Positions 1 to 9,877 of a DNA stretch of 64,000 bases are shown in pieces. Under the pieces are notes generated by a model that did no database searches, had not been told where the DNA came from, and saw only the letters and a list, made by a program, of their open reading frames with translations. The stretch comes from Oscillospiraceae bacterium (lineage in GTDB: Bacteria; Bacillota; Clostridia; Oscillospirales; Acutalibacteraceae), in assembly GCA_015066445.1 (NCBI GenBank), contig SVOK01000006.1:4766-68765 (forward strand), in the 5' to 3' direction. Made by a program: the position numbers and the translations under genes. Position 1 is the stretch's first letter, and each line of letters starts with the position of its first letter.

Positions 1-3000
1 GCACAGAATTAGAAGACGCTTCGGGTCAGAAGAGAGTCAGAATTTTAAAGAGACTTGAAGTTCTCGAAGCTTTCAGACAGTCAGGCAACCGTCCCGAGTG
101 GATGATTCTTGACGTTATTCCGGTAATTCCTCCGGATCTTCGTCCTATGGTTCAACTTGATGGCGGACGTTTTGCTACAAGTGACCTTAATGACCTTTAC
201 AGACGTGTTATTAACCGTAACAACCGTCTTAAGAGACTTTTAGAGCTCCGTGCTCCTGATATAATTGTACGTAATGAAAAGCGTATGCTACAGGAAGCTG
301 TTGACGCTCTTATCGACAACGGTCGCCGTGGCAAGCCTGTTACAGGACCTAACAACAGAGCTCTTAAATCCCTTTCCGATATGCTTAAGGGTAAGCAGGG
401 ACGTTTCCGTCAGAACTTGCTTGGTAAGCGTGTTGACTATTCAGGACGTTCGGTTATCGTTGTAGGACCTGAGCTTAAGATGTATCAGTGCGGTCTTCCT
501 AAGGAAATGGCACTTGAGCTCTTCAAGCCATTTGTTATGAAGCGTCTTGTTGAGACAAAGGCTGTTGTTAACATTAAGTCTGCCCGCAAGATGGTTGAGC
601 GTGCTTCAACCGAAATCTGGGACGCACTTGAAACTGTTATTAAAGAACACCCCGTTCTTCTTAACCGTGCTCCTACACTTCACCGCTTAGGTATTCAGGC
701 ATTTGAGCCTGTTTTGGTTGAAGGTAAAGCATTAAAGCTTCATCCCCTTGTTTGTACAGCTTACAATGCCGACTTTGACGGTGACCAGATGGCTGTTCAC
801 GTTCCCCTTTCAGCAGAAGCTCAGGCAGAGGCTCGTTTCCTTATGCTTGCAGCAAACAACCTGCTTAAGCCTTCAGATGGTAAGCCTGTTGCTGTTCCTA
901 CACAGGATATGGTTCTCGGCTCTTACTATTTAACACTCGTTAAGGCTGACGAAAATGGTACTAACAAGATATTCCGCGATAAAAATGAAGCTATTATGGC
1001 TTATAACGACGGTGTTGTTGGACTTCACGCTCCTATCCGTGTTCGTATGACAAATGAAAACGGTGAAAGTCGCCTTGTTTGGTGTACAGTTGGATTCATT
1101 ATCTTTAATGAATCAATTCCTCAGGACTTAGGATTTGTAAACCGTGAAGACCCCGAGCACACATTCGACCTTGAATGGAGCTTTAAAGTTAAGGACCCTG
1201 CAAAGAATATTATTGAAAGCAATGACGATATTATTCAGAACAAGGTTGGTAAGAAACAGCTTGGTAAAATCATTGACCGTTGTATCACAAAGCACGGTAC
1301 AAGCGAATCTGCAATAGTTCTTGATAATATTAAGGCTACCGGCTTTAAATATTCAACCAAGGGCGCAGTTACCGTTGCCGTTATAGATGCTGTTATTCCT
1401 CCTGCAAAGAAAGAAATTCTTGCCGACGCTGAAAAGCAGATAGATATGGTAACCAGAGATTACCGCCGCGGTCTTATCAATAACGATGAGCGTAGCCGCC
1501 ATATAATCGAAATATGGAACAAGGCTACCGAAGATGTTGCTGATGCTCTTAAGGGCAACCTCGATGAGTTTAACCCAATCTTTATGATGGCTGACTCAGG
1601 TGCCCGTGGTTCTATGAGCCAGATCAGACAGCTTGCAGGTATGCGTGGACTTATCGCCAATACTGCAGGTAAGGTTATCGAAGTTCCTATCCGTGCTAAC
1701 TACCGTGAAGGTCTTAACGTACTTGAGTACTTTATCTCCTCTCGTGGTGCGCGTAAGGGTCTTGCCGATACAGCGCTTCGTACTGCTGACTCGGGTTATC
1801 TTACCCGCCGTCTTGTTGACGTTGCTCAGGACGTTATCGTTCGTGAGGACGACTGCGGTACAGAAGAAGGTCTTACCGTATTTGATATTAAAGACGGTAA
1901 CCACATCTTAGAGCCTTTAGCCGAGCGTCTTGAGGGTCGTTACCTGCTCCACGATGCAGTTCACCCCGAGACAGGCGAAATCATCTGGTCTAAGGACGAA
2001 ATGATTACAGGCGATGCTGCTCAGATGATGGTTGATGCAGGCATTGAGAAAATTGAAATACGCTCTGTGCTTACCTGTCACAGCCATCACGGTGTATGTA
2101 AAAAGTGTTACGGTCGTAACCTTGCTACCGCCAAGCCCGTTACCACAGGTGAAGCTGTTGGTATCGTAGCAGCTCAGTCCATCGGTGAGCCTGGTACACA
2201 GCTTACAATGCGTACCTTCCATACTGGTGGTATCGCTTCTACAGAAGATATTACACAGGGTCTTCCCCGTGTTGAAGAGCTTTTTGAAGCAAGACGACCC
2301 AAGCGTTGCGGTCTTATCGCTAAGATAGACGGTATTGCACGCATAGTTGAAGAAAAGAAGAGCATGGTTATTCATATCACTAACGATGAGCTCAAAACCG
2401 AAGAAAAGGTTACTATTCCTTACGGTATCCGTCCTCTCGTTAATGACGGTGACTATGTAAAAGCAGGCGATATGCTTATACCCGGCGCTAAGTATCCTCA
2501 GGATATTTTAGAGGCTCAGGGTCCCGAGGCTGTTCAGCAATATATCATAGCTGAAATCCAGAATGCTTACCGTACACAGGGTGTTGATATCAACGATAAG
2601 CACATTGAGGTTATTGTTCGTCAGATGATGAAGAAGCTTCGCATTGTTGATGCAGGCTCAACCGACCTTTTGCAGAATGTAAGCTATGAATATAAAGAAA
2701 TTGCAGATGCTAATGCCGCTGTTGAAGCTCGCATTGAAGCTGGTGAAGAAGGTCTTACCAAGGCTACCTATCAGGCAACCTTGCTTGGTATCACAAAGGC
2801 TTCCTTGGCTACCGAATCCTTCCTTTCTGCCGCTTCATTCCAGGAGACCACACGTGTTCTCACCGAAGCTGCTATCAAGGGTAAGGTTGACCCGCTCTTT
2901 GGTCTTAAGGAAAATGTTATCATCGGTAAGCTTGTACCCGCAGGTACAGGTATGAAGTGCGAGGAAATTAATCCCTCTGCTTACGATGAACCCGAAACCG

Positions 3001-3056
3001 AAGAAGCAACCGAAACTGCAACCGTTTCTGAAGAAACAGCAGCTGTAGCTGAATAA
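1..3056 (+). CDS. rpoC: DNA-directed RNA polymerase subunit beta' (C-terminal ~1018 codons; 5' end lies upstream of the window, frame starts at nt 3)
   Basis: Frame 3 is open from nt 3. The translation contains [64 protein letters not shown] and the catalytic [16 protein letters not shown] motif. Stop TAA at 3054-3056. Confidence 0.97.
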   Translation, partial: TELEDASGQKRVRILKRLEVLEAFRQSGNRPEWMILDVIPVIPPDLRPMVQLDGGRFATSDLNDLYRRVINRNNRLKRLLELRAPDIIVRNEKRMLQEAVDALIDNGRRGKPVTGPNNRALKSLSDMLKGKQGRFRQNLLGKRVDYSGRSVIVVGPELKMYQCGLPKEMALELFKPFVMKRLVETKAVVNIKSARKMVERASTEIWDALETVIKEHPVLLNRAPTLHRLGIQAFEPVLVEGKALKLHPLVCTAYNADFDGDQMAVHVPLSAEAQAEARFLMLAANNLLKPSDGKPVAVPTQDMVLGSYYLTLVKADENGTNKIFRDKNEAIMAYNDGVVGLHAPIRVRMTNENGESRLVWCTVGFIIFNESIPQDLGFVNREDPEHTFDLEWSFKVKDPAKNIIESNDDIIQNKVGKKQLGKIIDRCITKHGTSESAIVLDNIKATGFKYSTKGAVTVAVIDAVIPPAKKEILADAEKQIDMVTRDYRRGLINNDERSRHIIEIWNKATEDVADALKGNLDEFNPIFMMADSGARGSMSQIRQLAGMRGLIANTAGKVIEVPIRANYREGLNVLEYFISSRGARKGLADTALRTADSGYLTRRLVDVAQDVIVREDDCGTEEGLTVFDIKDGNHILEPLAERLEGRYLLHDAVHPETGEIIWSKDEMITGDAAQMMVDAGIEKIEIRSVLTCHSHHGVCKKCYGRNLATAKPVTTGEAVGIVAAQSIGEPGTQLTMRTFHTGGIASTEDITQGLPRVEELFEARRPKRCGLIAKIDGIARIVEEKKSMVIHITNDELKTEEKVTIPYGIRPLVNDGDYVKAGDMLIPGAKYPQDILEAQGPEAVQQYIIAEIQNAYRTQGVDINDKHIEVIVRQMMKKLRIVDAGSTDLLQNVSYEYKEIADANAAVEARIEAGEEGLTKATYQATLLGITKASLATESFLSAASFQETTRVLTEAAIKGKVDPLFGLKENVIIGKLVPAGTGMKCEEINPSAYDEPETEEATETATVSEETAAVAE

Positions 3057-3063
3057 GATTTAA

Positions 3064-3102
3064 AAAAGAGATGTTTCATAAATTTGAAGCATCTCTTTTT
3101 TT
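3064..3102 (+). terminator. rho-independent terminator of rpoC
   Basis: Stem AGAGATGtTTCA (3067-3078) pairs with TGAAgCATCTCT (3085-3096) and is followed by a T-run at 3096-3102. Confidence 0.75.
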
Positions 3103-3247
3103 ATACTCATATTCAAATCTACAGCAAAAAATCTTATTTTTGCAGAGTGCCTTGGTGCTCGATACGTCACTGCTTTTATGTTTAGACTATGCTTTGACAT
3201 AAAATCCATCTGACTAACAGCTTAGAATAAACTAATTGAAATAACGG

Positions 3248-3505
3248 GTCAAGGGCAGAGCCCTTGTCGTTGAGGTGGTGTAGTGTTAGATATTAAAATC
3301 ATAAATAATAAGGGACTTGCCTTTTGCTTGGAAAATGCGGAGCGTTTTTTCATCGCAAAAGGCAATTTTATCAAATTTCAAACCAACACTTCAGGGGGAG
3401 AATTGAAACTCCCCCTTAAAGGTGAATCTTTCCGCCCTTTCTTATCGCCCACATAAGAAAGTGCGTGCCCGTCGTGGCACGAACGACAAAGCTGTAAATT
3501 TTGTC
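3248..3505. repeat. array of six consecutive stem-loops (REP-like palindromic elements or structured RNA)
   Basis: Hairpins at 3248-3268 (CAAGGG/CCCTTG), 3317-3365 (TTGCCTTTTGC/GCAAAAGGCAA), 3393-3416 (AGGGGGAG/CTCCCCCT), 3437-3461 (CTTTCTTAT/ATAAGAAAG), 3464-3481 (CGTGCC/GGCACG) and 3485-3505 (GACAAA/TTTGTC). Confidence 0.6.
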
Positions 3506-3585
3506 TCAACTATATTTTTATTTTAACGGACAGCTGAGGACACCTTTCCCACAAATACTAATCAACACATAATTATAGATTAATT

Positions 3586-4260
3586 TCAAGCATTATTCTT
3601 ATAAAAATCAATTTTTCTTCTGATATCCTGCATTCTAAGGTCAAGCTGACTTATTTCTTCAGCGCATTGCTTTAATTCCTTTGAAATTTCAGCATCGTTT
3701 TTCTCGGCTATTTCTTTTTTATATCTTACCTTGTGCTCAAGACTCGCCCAAAAATCCATGGCAATAGTGCGGAACTGAACTTCAACCCTCATCAACTTTT
3801 TCTCATTAAGTAAAAAGATAGGTATTTCAAGTATCAGATGCAGACTTCTGTAACCGTTTTCCTTGGGATTTTTTATGTAATCCTTCTTCTCTATAAGCGT
3901 TATATCGTCCTGCGAGCAAAGGCGGTTAGCAAGATTATAAATATCGTCAGGAAAAGAGCATATAACCCTTATGCCTGCAACATCACTAAGGTTTTGCTCA
4001 ATGCTTTCAACCGTAAGCGGATAACCCTTGCGCTTTAATTTTTCTATTATGCTTTTAGGACTTTTTATTCGGCAGCTTATTGATTCAAAAGGATTATTAT
4101 CATTTCCAAGGCTCAATTGGTTGTTGAGTACGTCAAGCTTTGTCTTAATTTCAAGCATAGCGCAGTTATAACGCATCATAAGCTCCGTGTAAGGATGGGT
4201 TTCGGTGAAAACCTCGTCGGTTATACTTGAAAGTATTTTAAGTGGGTGTAATTCTTCCAT
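3586..4260 (-). CDS. small alarmone synthetase (single-domain RelA/SpoT-type GTP pyrophosphokinase, RelQ/RelP class)
   Basis: 224 aa with synthetase-core motifs DVAGIRVICSF, GYRSLHLI and VEVQFRTIAMDFWASLEHKVRYK. No hydrolase, TGS or ACT regions. Confidence 0.85.
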   Translation of the reverse strand: MEELHPLKILSSITDEVFTETHPYTELMMRYNCAMLEIKTKLDVLNNQLSLGNDNNPFESISCRIKSPKSIIEKLKRKGYPLTVESIEQNLSDVAGIRVICSFPDDIYNLANRLCSQDDITLIEKKDYIKNPKENGYRSLHLILEIPIFLLNEKKLMRVEVQFRTIAMDFWASLEHKVRYKKEIAEKNDAEISKELKQCAEEISQLDLRMQDIRRKIDFYKNNA

Positions 4261-4360
4261 TGTTTCTCCTTAATTTTTAAAATCCATATTATTATATTTA
4301 CAGTTTAACACACCTGATTTTGCAAGTCAATAAATGGAAAGTTACTTTATTTTGAATGTG

Positions 4361-4389
4361 TTGTAAATTTTGGTATGATTTGGTATAAT
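4361..4389 (+). promoter_or_regulatory. sigma-A type promoter of rsmE operon
   Basis: -35 TTGTAA (4361-4366), 17-nt spacer, -10 TATAAT (4384-4389). Confidence 0.5.
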
Positions 4390-4396
4390 ATACACG

Positions 4397-5149
4397 GTGA
4401 TAAAAATGTTCAACTTTTTTTGCGATAATAAAAGCCGTGAGGGTGACTGTTATTTTATAACAGGAGCAGACTATAACCACATAAAAAATGTTTTGCGTAT
4501 GACTGTTGGAGATAGCTTTCTTGTAAGTAATGGTGACAGTAGTGATTTATGCGAAATAGTAAAGCTTGAAAACGAAACTGTAACCGCCAGAATAATTGAA
4601 GAAAACTATCAGAATACAAATCTTCCAATAAAAATATATCTTTTCCAAGGACTTCCTAAGGCCGATAAAATGGAGCTTATTATCCAAAAGGCTGTGGAAT
4701 TAAGGGTTACTGAAATAATCCCTACTGAAATGGAAAACTGCGTTGTAAAGCTTGAGGAAAAGAAAAAAGCCTCTAAGGTTGCACGTTGGCAGGCTATAGC
4801 CGAAAGTGCTGCAAAGCAGAGCAAACGCAACAGCATACCCACTGTATCCGAGGTTTTAAGCTATAAAGATGCGCTTAAAAAAGCCTTAGAGCTTGATGTA
4901 TTATTAGTTCCTTACGAAAATGAACGTGGTATGCAAGCCACAAAAGATGCTCTCAAAAAAATCGAAAGTGGAATGAGTGTCGGTATAATAATAGGTCCGG
5001 AGGGCGGCTTCAGCGAAAAAGAAATTACCGCCGCTAAGGAGCAAAACGGCAATATAATTTCACTTGGCAAAAGAATTCTGCGCACTGAAACCGCCGCTAT
5101 AACCGCAGTTAGTATGTGTATGCTATACAGCGAAATGAATTTGGAGTAA
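4397..5149 (+). CDS. rsmE: 16S rRNA (uracil1498-N3)-methyltransferase
   Basis: C-terminal SPOUT motifs GPEGGFSEKEI and LGKRILRTETAAI. GTG at 4397, alternative ATG at 4406. Confidence 0.88.
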   Translation: MIKMFNFFCDNKSREGDCYFITGADYNHIKNVLRMTVGDSFLVSNGDSSDLCEIVKLENETVTARIIEENYQNTNLPIKIYLFQGLPKADKMELIIQKAVELRVTEIIPTEMENCVVKLEEKKKASKVARWQAIAESAAKQSKRNSIPTVSEVLSYKDALKKALELDVLLVPYENERGMQATKDALKKIESGMSVGIIIGPEGGFSEKEITAAKEQNGNIISLGKRILRTETAAITAVSMCMLYSEMNLE

Positions 5150-5153
5150 ACCT

Positions 5154-6506
5154 ATGATACAGCTACCAACCGAATTTGAAGCCCGAATGAAAAAACTTTT
5201 GGGTGACGAATATACAAATTATCTTAATGCACTAAATGAGCCACCTGTTAAAGGCTTTCGGGTAAACACCGATAAAATTTCTTTAGAGGCTTTTGAAAAA
5301 ATAAATATTTTCGGCAAAGAAAAAATCCCTTATGTTAAAAACGGCTTTTACCTTGACTTTGATAAAGTAGGCAACCACCCCTACCACCACGCAGGTATGA
5401 TTTATGTTCAAGAGCCTGCTGCTATGGCGCCTGCCGAGTGTATTGATATTGACCCCGAGTGGAAAGTTTTAGATATGTGCTCCGCTCCCGGTGGAAAAAG
5501 CAGTCAGCTTAAAAATAAGCTTTTGAAAAACGGAGTTCTTGTTTCTAATGAGATTATCCCCTCTCGCTGCAAAATCCTCACAGGCAATATAGAAAGATTA
5601 GGCCTTAAAAATACTGTTACCACCTGTATGGACACAAAAAGGCTTGCAAAGGTATTCCTCCAAGTCTTTGATTTAATTATGGTAGATGCCCCATGCTCGG
5701 GTGAAGGTATGTTCAGAAAAGAGGAAATTGCTGTAAGCGAGTGGAGCTATGAAAATGTACTTAAATGCGCCGACCGTCAAGCAGAAATACTTGAAAACGC
5801 TGTAAAATGCCTTAAAGATGGCGGTTATATCATTTATGCCACCTGCACCTTTTCGTTAGAGGAAAACGAAATGACGGTTGATAATTTCCTTAAATCACAC
5901 CCCGATTTTGAGATTGTTGAGGTGAAAGATGCCGTAAAGCAAAATACCGTAGATGGTATTGCTTTTGATGGCTGTGAATGTGAAAACATTAATTTTGCCA
6001 GAAGATTTTATCCTCACAAAAATAAAGGCGAGGGTCAGTTTATGGCGGTGCTTCATAATAAAAATGAGAAAAAACCTGACTACCGCTCCCCTGCTAAAAC
6101 CGCTACACAGGACAAAGCTTTACTTGCTTTCCTTAATGATACTCTTACCGATTACGATGAAAGCAATTTAAGCCTCTATAACGGCACTCCGGTTTATTTC
6201 GCTCCCGATTTTGAGGCCCGAAATGCTACTGTTTTTTCTTACGGTGTAACAATAGGAGAATTAAAGAAGAATTATATTCTCCCCCACCATCAGTTTTTTA
6301 TGGCTTTAGGTAATAAATTCAAGCGCAAAATTGAGCTTTTGGTAGACAGCGAGGAAATTAAAAAATACCTTCACGGAGAGGAAATCCCTGCCGATACCGA
6401 AAACGGTTGGGCAGTAGTCACAGTAAACGGTGTGGCTATAGGCGGAGCTAAAGTGGTTAACGGAACAGCCAAAAACCATTATCCTAAAGGCTTGAGAATT
6501 AACTGA
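5154..6506 (+). CDS. RsmB/RsmF-family rRNA cytosine-C5 methyltransferase (NOL1/NOP2/Sun)
   Basis: Motifs DMCSAPGGKSSQL, DAPCSGEGMFRK and ATCTFSLEENE. Starts 5 nt after rsmE. Confidence 0.85.
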   Translation: MIQLPTEFEARMKKLLGDEYTNYLNALNEPPVKGFRVNTDKISLEAFEKINIFGKEKIPYVKNGFYLDFDKVGNHPYHHAGMIYVQEPAAMAPAECIDIDPEWKVLDMCSAPGGKSSQLKNKLLKNGVLVSNEIIPSRCKILTGNIERLGLKNTVTTCMDTKRLAKVFLQVFDLIMVDAPCSGEGMFRKEEIAVSEWSYENVLKCADRQAEILENAVKCLKDGGYIIYATCTFSLEENEMTVDNFLKSHPDFEIVEVKDAVKQNTVDGIAFDGCECENINFARRFYPHKNKGEGQFMAVLHNKNEKKPDYRSPAKTATQDKALLAFLNDTLTDYDESNLSLYNGTPVYFAPDFEARNATVFSYGVTIGELKKNYILPHHQFFMALGNKFKRKIELLVDSEEIKKYLHGEEIPADTENGWAVVTVNGVAIGGAKVVNGTAKNHYPKGLRIN

Positions 6507-6509
6507 AAT

Positions 6510-6540
6510 AAACTGACTGTAGATAATCTACAGTCAGTTT
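6510..6540. terminator. bidirectional terminator hairpin between convergent genes
   Basis: 14-bp perfect stem AAACTGACTGTAGA / TCTACAGTCAGTTT with a 3-nt loop. Confidence 0.6.
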
Positions 6541-6562
6541 AACATTTATACAGTTAATAGTC

Positions 6563-8386
6563 TTAATTCAAATCAAATGCAAAAATATGTGCCTGAGCGC
6601 TTCCATATGTAGTCCAAAGACTCTCAGAAAAATATGTTGTTTTTGGTATCAGCCTTACAGCAGTAGTGTCTGCGTCTATTTTTCCCTTTATCATACGCTG
6701 ATGATTTTTAGTTTCTGAATATACAGTTTCCCATTCACCTTTATCATTGAGTATTTCAATATCAAATGCTTTTAGCATACATTTCGGGAAACCAAATGAA
6801 GTGTGATTAAAATCTGCTCTTTTGAAAAGTGTAGTTGAAATATTAAGTACGTCGGGATTACCGTCTGTATATTCACGGTCAAGGTCGCTGTCTACTATAA
6901 GTCTGAAACCGTTTATATGTGTTTTTTCAGGAAATGTATAAGTGATAGCCCTCTCACAAATTCCGCAATATCCGTTATCGTTGCCCCATATTTTACGGTC
7001 GATACCGTTTGTGAGGTTTGAGGGGTCGCCATATTCGGCAGTAAGCTCGGCTTTTTTAGTAAGCTCGGGCATTTCTCTTTTAAATTTAGGCAAGAAGCAG
7101 TCGTCTTCAAGAAGAAGTTTCTGCAATTCGGTAATATACTCACCTACTGCTCTCGGCAAACAGTCTTTTTCTACCGCCAATGCCGCTGCAGTTCCAACTG
7201 CCTGACCGATAACACCGCAGGTAGCCATAACACGGGTTGTGGCAAAGGCAAGATGAGAAGTGCTGATATTTCTTCCCGCAAACATAAGGTTATCTATGTT
7301 TTTAGAATAAAGACTTCTATAAGGAATTCCGTATGGCTCTTTAAGTCTTAATTTCTGTAAATGATTTTCACTTTTACCGCTCATATTAAAGCCGCCCGGC
7401 AAGTGATTATCAATCTGCCAACCGCCGTATGCAACGGTATCATCAAAAATTTTGGCTTCTACAACATCATTCTGTGTCATTATATAGTCACCCACATATC
7501 GGCGGCTTTCTCTTTTACCAGGCAGGAAGCCTATCCAATCAAGTTCCCAATTATCTGCACCGTGGTCGCCTCTGTTTTTGATATGGTCCCATACGCCGAA
7601 AGCAATTTTTAAGAGTTCGTCTCTTATTTCCTCGGTATCGTGAATAGAATCCTGCTCGCCACCAAGCTCAATCCAATAAAAGTTAGTATTGATTTTATTA
7701 AGACAGTCATGCGGCTTGTTTTTCATATCTTCATCAGTTTCAAAGGTATAAGCCCACTCTGGCGGCATATAATCGATTTTGCGGTCGGTTTCGTGAGCCT
7801 GAATCATTAAAGACATACCCATAGTCTTTTTGTCTGCAACATCGAGTCCCATACTCTCGCCAAAGGTTTCTTTCGCCTCTCTACCCACCATATACTGGGC
7901 GCCTGTAAGCTCCGCTAAAATGCTGTCACCCGAACAATCAGCAAATATTTTTGCCTCAACAGTTTGCCAGGTATAAGTTGTGAGTTGGAAACCTGTAACC
8001 GATTTTATGGAATTTCCGTCCATTTCGGCATCGCAACAAGCACAGTTGAGCAACAAGGTTATATTTTCCTCAAACTTAACCTTTTCATAAAGTATAGAAT
8101 CCCAGATAGAAAAATTTCTTTCCGGATTACGGTGCATATTTTCGAGCAAAATTTCTTCTACCAGACCCGTTTCCTGCAAGTGACGCACACGGCTGCCCGC
8201 ACCCGAAACCCACATTCTGATTTCGCTCGAAGCATTACCACCAAGAACCGGTCTATCCTGCATAAGAACAACCTTTGCACCGTGACGGGCAGCAGAAATT
8301 GCAGTCATAATACCGCCCAAACCACCGCCTATAACACATAAATCTGCGATATGCTTTTTACTTCTTAAATTCAGTTTGTTTGACAT
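6563..8386 (-). CDS. FAD-dependent oxidoreductase of unknown specificity, with C-terminal beta-rich extension
   Basis: N-terminal dinucleotide-binding motif DLCVIGGGLGGIMTAISAARHGAKVVLMQDRPVLGGNASSE. No signal peptide. Clear paralogue of 31963-33879 (shared GREAK..FGES, GKRES.R..GD.I.TQND, PYR.LYSK.I.NL...GR..STSH.AF...RVM). Confidence 0.7.
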   Translation of the reverse strand: MSNKLNLRSKKHIADLCVIGGGLGGIMTAISAARHGAKVVLMQDRPVLGGNASSEIRMWVSGAGSRVRHLQETGLVEEILLENMHRNPERNFSIWDSILYEKVKFEENITLLLNCACCDAEMDGNSIKSVTGFQLTTYTWQTVEAKIFADCSGDSILAELTGAQYMVGREAKETFGESMGLDVADKKTMGMSLMIQAHETDRKIDYMPPEWAYTFETDEDMKNKPHDCLNKINTNFYWIELGGEQDSIHDTEEIRDELLKIAFGVWDHIKNRGDHGADNWELDWIGFLPGKRESRRYVGDYIMTQNDVVEAKIFDDTVAYGGWQIDNHLPGGFNMSGKSENHLQKLRLKEPYGIPYRSLYSKNIDNLMFAGRNISTSHLAFATTRVMATCGVIGQAVGTAAALAVEKDCLPRAVGEYITELQKLLLEDDCFLPKFKREMPELTKKAELTAEYGDPSNLTNGIDRKIWGNDNGYCGICERAITYTFPEKTHINGFRLIVDSDLDREYTDGNPDVLNISTTLFKRADFNHTSFGFPKCMLKAFDIEILNDKGEWETVYSETKNHQRMIKGKIDADTTAVRLIPKTTYFSESLWTTYGSAQAHIFAFDLN

Positions 8387-8436
8387 TTTTATTCTCCTTT
8401 TAAATACCGTTTATAAATATTGTGATTTAAAATTTG

Positions 8437-9735
8437 CTATATTTCATCTATAATCCCTAAATCCCAGCAAAGGCGAGGCAGAACATATTTATCCCTGATA
8501 TCCTTTGCAGATTTAAAGGTCATTGGCAAAAGTTTATCATCAATTCCTATTTCTTCCATGGTTTTTGGAAGACCCACCTTATCAAAAAGCTTTTCTAAAT
8601 CTGATAATACGGGCAGTTCTTCCTCAATGATTTTTAAAATTTCATCCCATTTTTCTATAATTATATCAAGTCTCTTTTTGTGGCTTTCTATGTTATATTT
8701 CTGTTCCTTTTCTTCAAGTGCAATCATACTCTCAGCACCCTTACCTAAAAAACCTCTTAGTTCCGCACTCCACTCAGAAAAATTAAAATTATTTACATAA
8801 TTTAATGCTTTTTGTCGGTCTGGGGTTATTTTTTTAATTTTCTCATAGAGTTTTACTGCTATTAAAGTGCCTACTGCACACTGAATACCGTGAAATTCTA
8901 CGGGTGTGCCAAACTCGGCACCACGCATATCCCATATATGTGATAAATAATGCTCAATACCGGAAGCAGGACGGGAAAGACCTGCAAGCTTCATAGCCGC
9001 GCCGCAGATTATAAGTCCCTCAAAAACCGCTTTTACAGCGTTTTCGTCTCTTTTTAAAAGTCCATCTGCATTGTCTACGCATTTTTTAAGAGAGCCCCTT
9101 ACAAGGCTTGCTATTTCTTCGCAGTAATATTCGCCGTTTATAAGGTTTGAAATCCGCCATTCGCAAATTGAGACGTATTTTGCAAGCATATCCCCAAGCC
9201 CCGATATCATCATTTTTATCGGCGCATTACAAAGAACATCTATATCTCCCACAATAACATCGGCGCACTTGCTGTTAAGCGAAATTTTAAGCCCTTCCAT
9301 AGTCATAGACGAAGTCGCAGAGGCATAGCCATCCATTGACGGCGCTGTACCGACAATTATGTATTTTTTTCCCGATACATTTGCAACTATCTTGCTAATA
9401 TCGTTTATAACTCCTGAACCCACACCTATAACAACATCGCACTGTGGTTTAAAATTCATAACTGCTAACCCTACATTTGATTCATCAGGTTCAACTATAT
9501 CTTCCATAAAAATATAATTCTGGGTTTTGATTCCGCTTTTCTCAAGTGTTTCAATTACTTTTTCGCCTGCCGCAGAATATGTATTTTTATCGGCAATTAT
9601 GAAAGCGCTTTTTAAACCCATTTCTTCCATAATTGAAGGAATATTATTTATTGCACCTTTTTCAATTATTACTTTTGAAGTAAAAATATGCTCCTTACCG
9701 CAAGGACAATTAGAGCTATTAAAAATATCAAGCAT
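8437..9735 (-). CDS. iron-type alcohol dehydrogenase fold protein, sn-glycerol-1-phosphate dehydrogenase-like (AraM/EgsA family)
   Basis: Motifs VIGVGSGVINDISK, APSMDGYAS and a His-rich metal region (HYLSHIWD, HGIQCAVG). The family assignment is from remembered motifs, not a search. Confidence 0.55.
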   Translation of the reverse strand: MLDIFNSSNCPCGKEHIFTSKVIIEKGAINNIPSIMEEMGLKSAFIIADKNTYSAAGEKVIETLEKSGIKTQNYIFMEDIVEPDESNVGLAVMNFKPQCDVVIGVGSGVINDISKIVANVSGKKYIIVGTAPSMDGYASATSSMTMEGLKISLNSKCADVIVGDIDVLCNAPIKMMISGLGDMLAKYVSICEWRISNLINGEYYCEEIASLVRGSLKKCVDNADGLLKRDENAVKAVFEGLIICGAAMKLAGLSRPASGIEHYLSHIWDMRGAEFGTPVEFHGIQCAVGTLIAVKLYEKIKKITPDRQKALNYVNNFNFSEWSAELRGFLGKGAESMIALEEKEQKYNIESHKKRLDIIIEKWDEILKIIEEELPVLSDLEKLFDKVGLPKTMEEIGIDDKLLPMTFKSAKDIRDKYVLPRLCWDLGIIDEI

Positions 9736-9877
9736 TAAACTGTTTCACTCCTTTATTTCAAATTATACAGCGTGCTCAAACAATAATCAATAGATAATAA
9801 AGTTATTGACAGTTCACTCATAAATTGATTATAATTATGATTAAGTTGATTTAATTTTGATTAAAAGAGGTGCGCAA

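Noticed and set aside
3283-3456. A 57-codon ORF (GTG start 4 nt after GAGGTGG) in the rpoC-downstream spacer. It translates as VLDIKIINNKGLAFCLENAERFFIAKGNFIKFQTNTSGGELKLPLKGESFRPFLSPT.
   Set aside because: It reads straight through four palindromic hairpins, so its peptide is dictated by the repeats. It has no recognisable fold or signal. This is typical of spurious ORFs generated by REP-like elements. It cannot be fully excluded without ribosome profiling.
3586-4260. The small alarmone synthetase as a toxSAS toxin-antitoxin or defence module.
   Set aside because: There is no adjacent small antitoxin ORF, and the gene is monocistronic and convergent with rpoC. Its sequence motifs and length fit the housekeeping RelQ/RelP class.
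6563-9735. The idea that the G1P-dehydrogenase-like enzyme plus the flavoprotein form an archaeal-type ether-lipid pathway (G1PDH plus geranylgeranyl reductase).
   Set aside because: No prenyl-glyceryl-phosphate synthase (PcrB/GGGPS-like) or prenyltransferase is nearby. The 607-aa flavoprotein has a different size and architecture from ~400-aa geranylgeranyl reductases. The DeoR context points to sugar/polyol catabolism.
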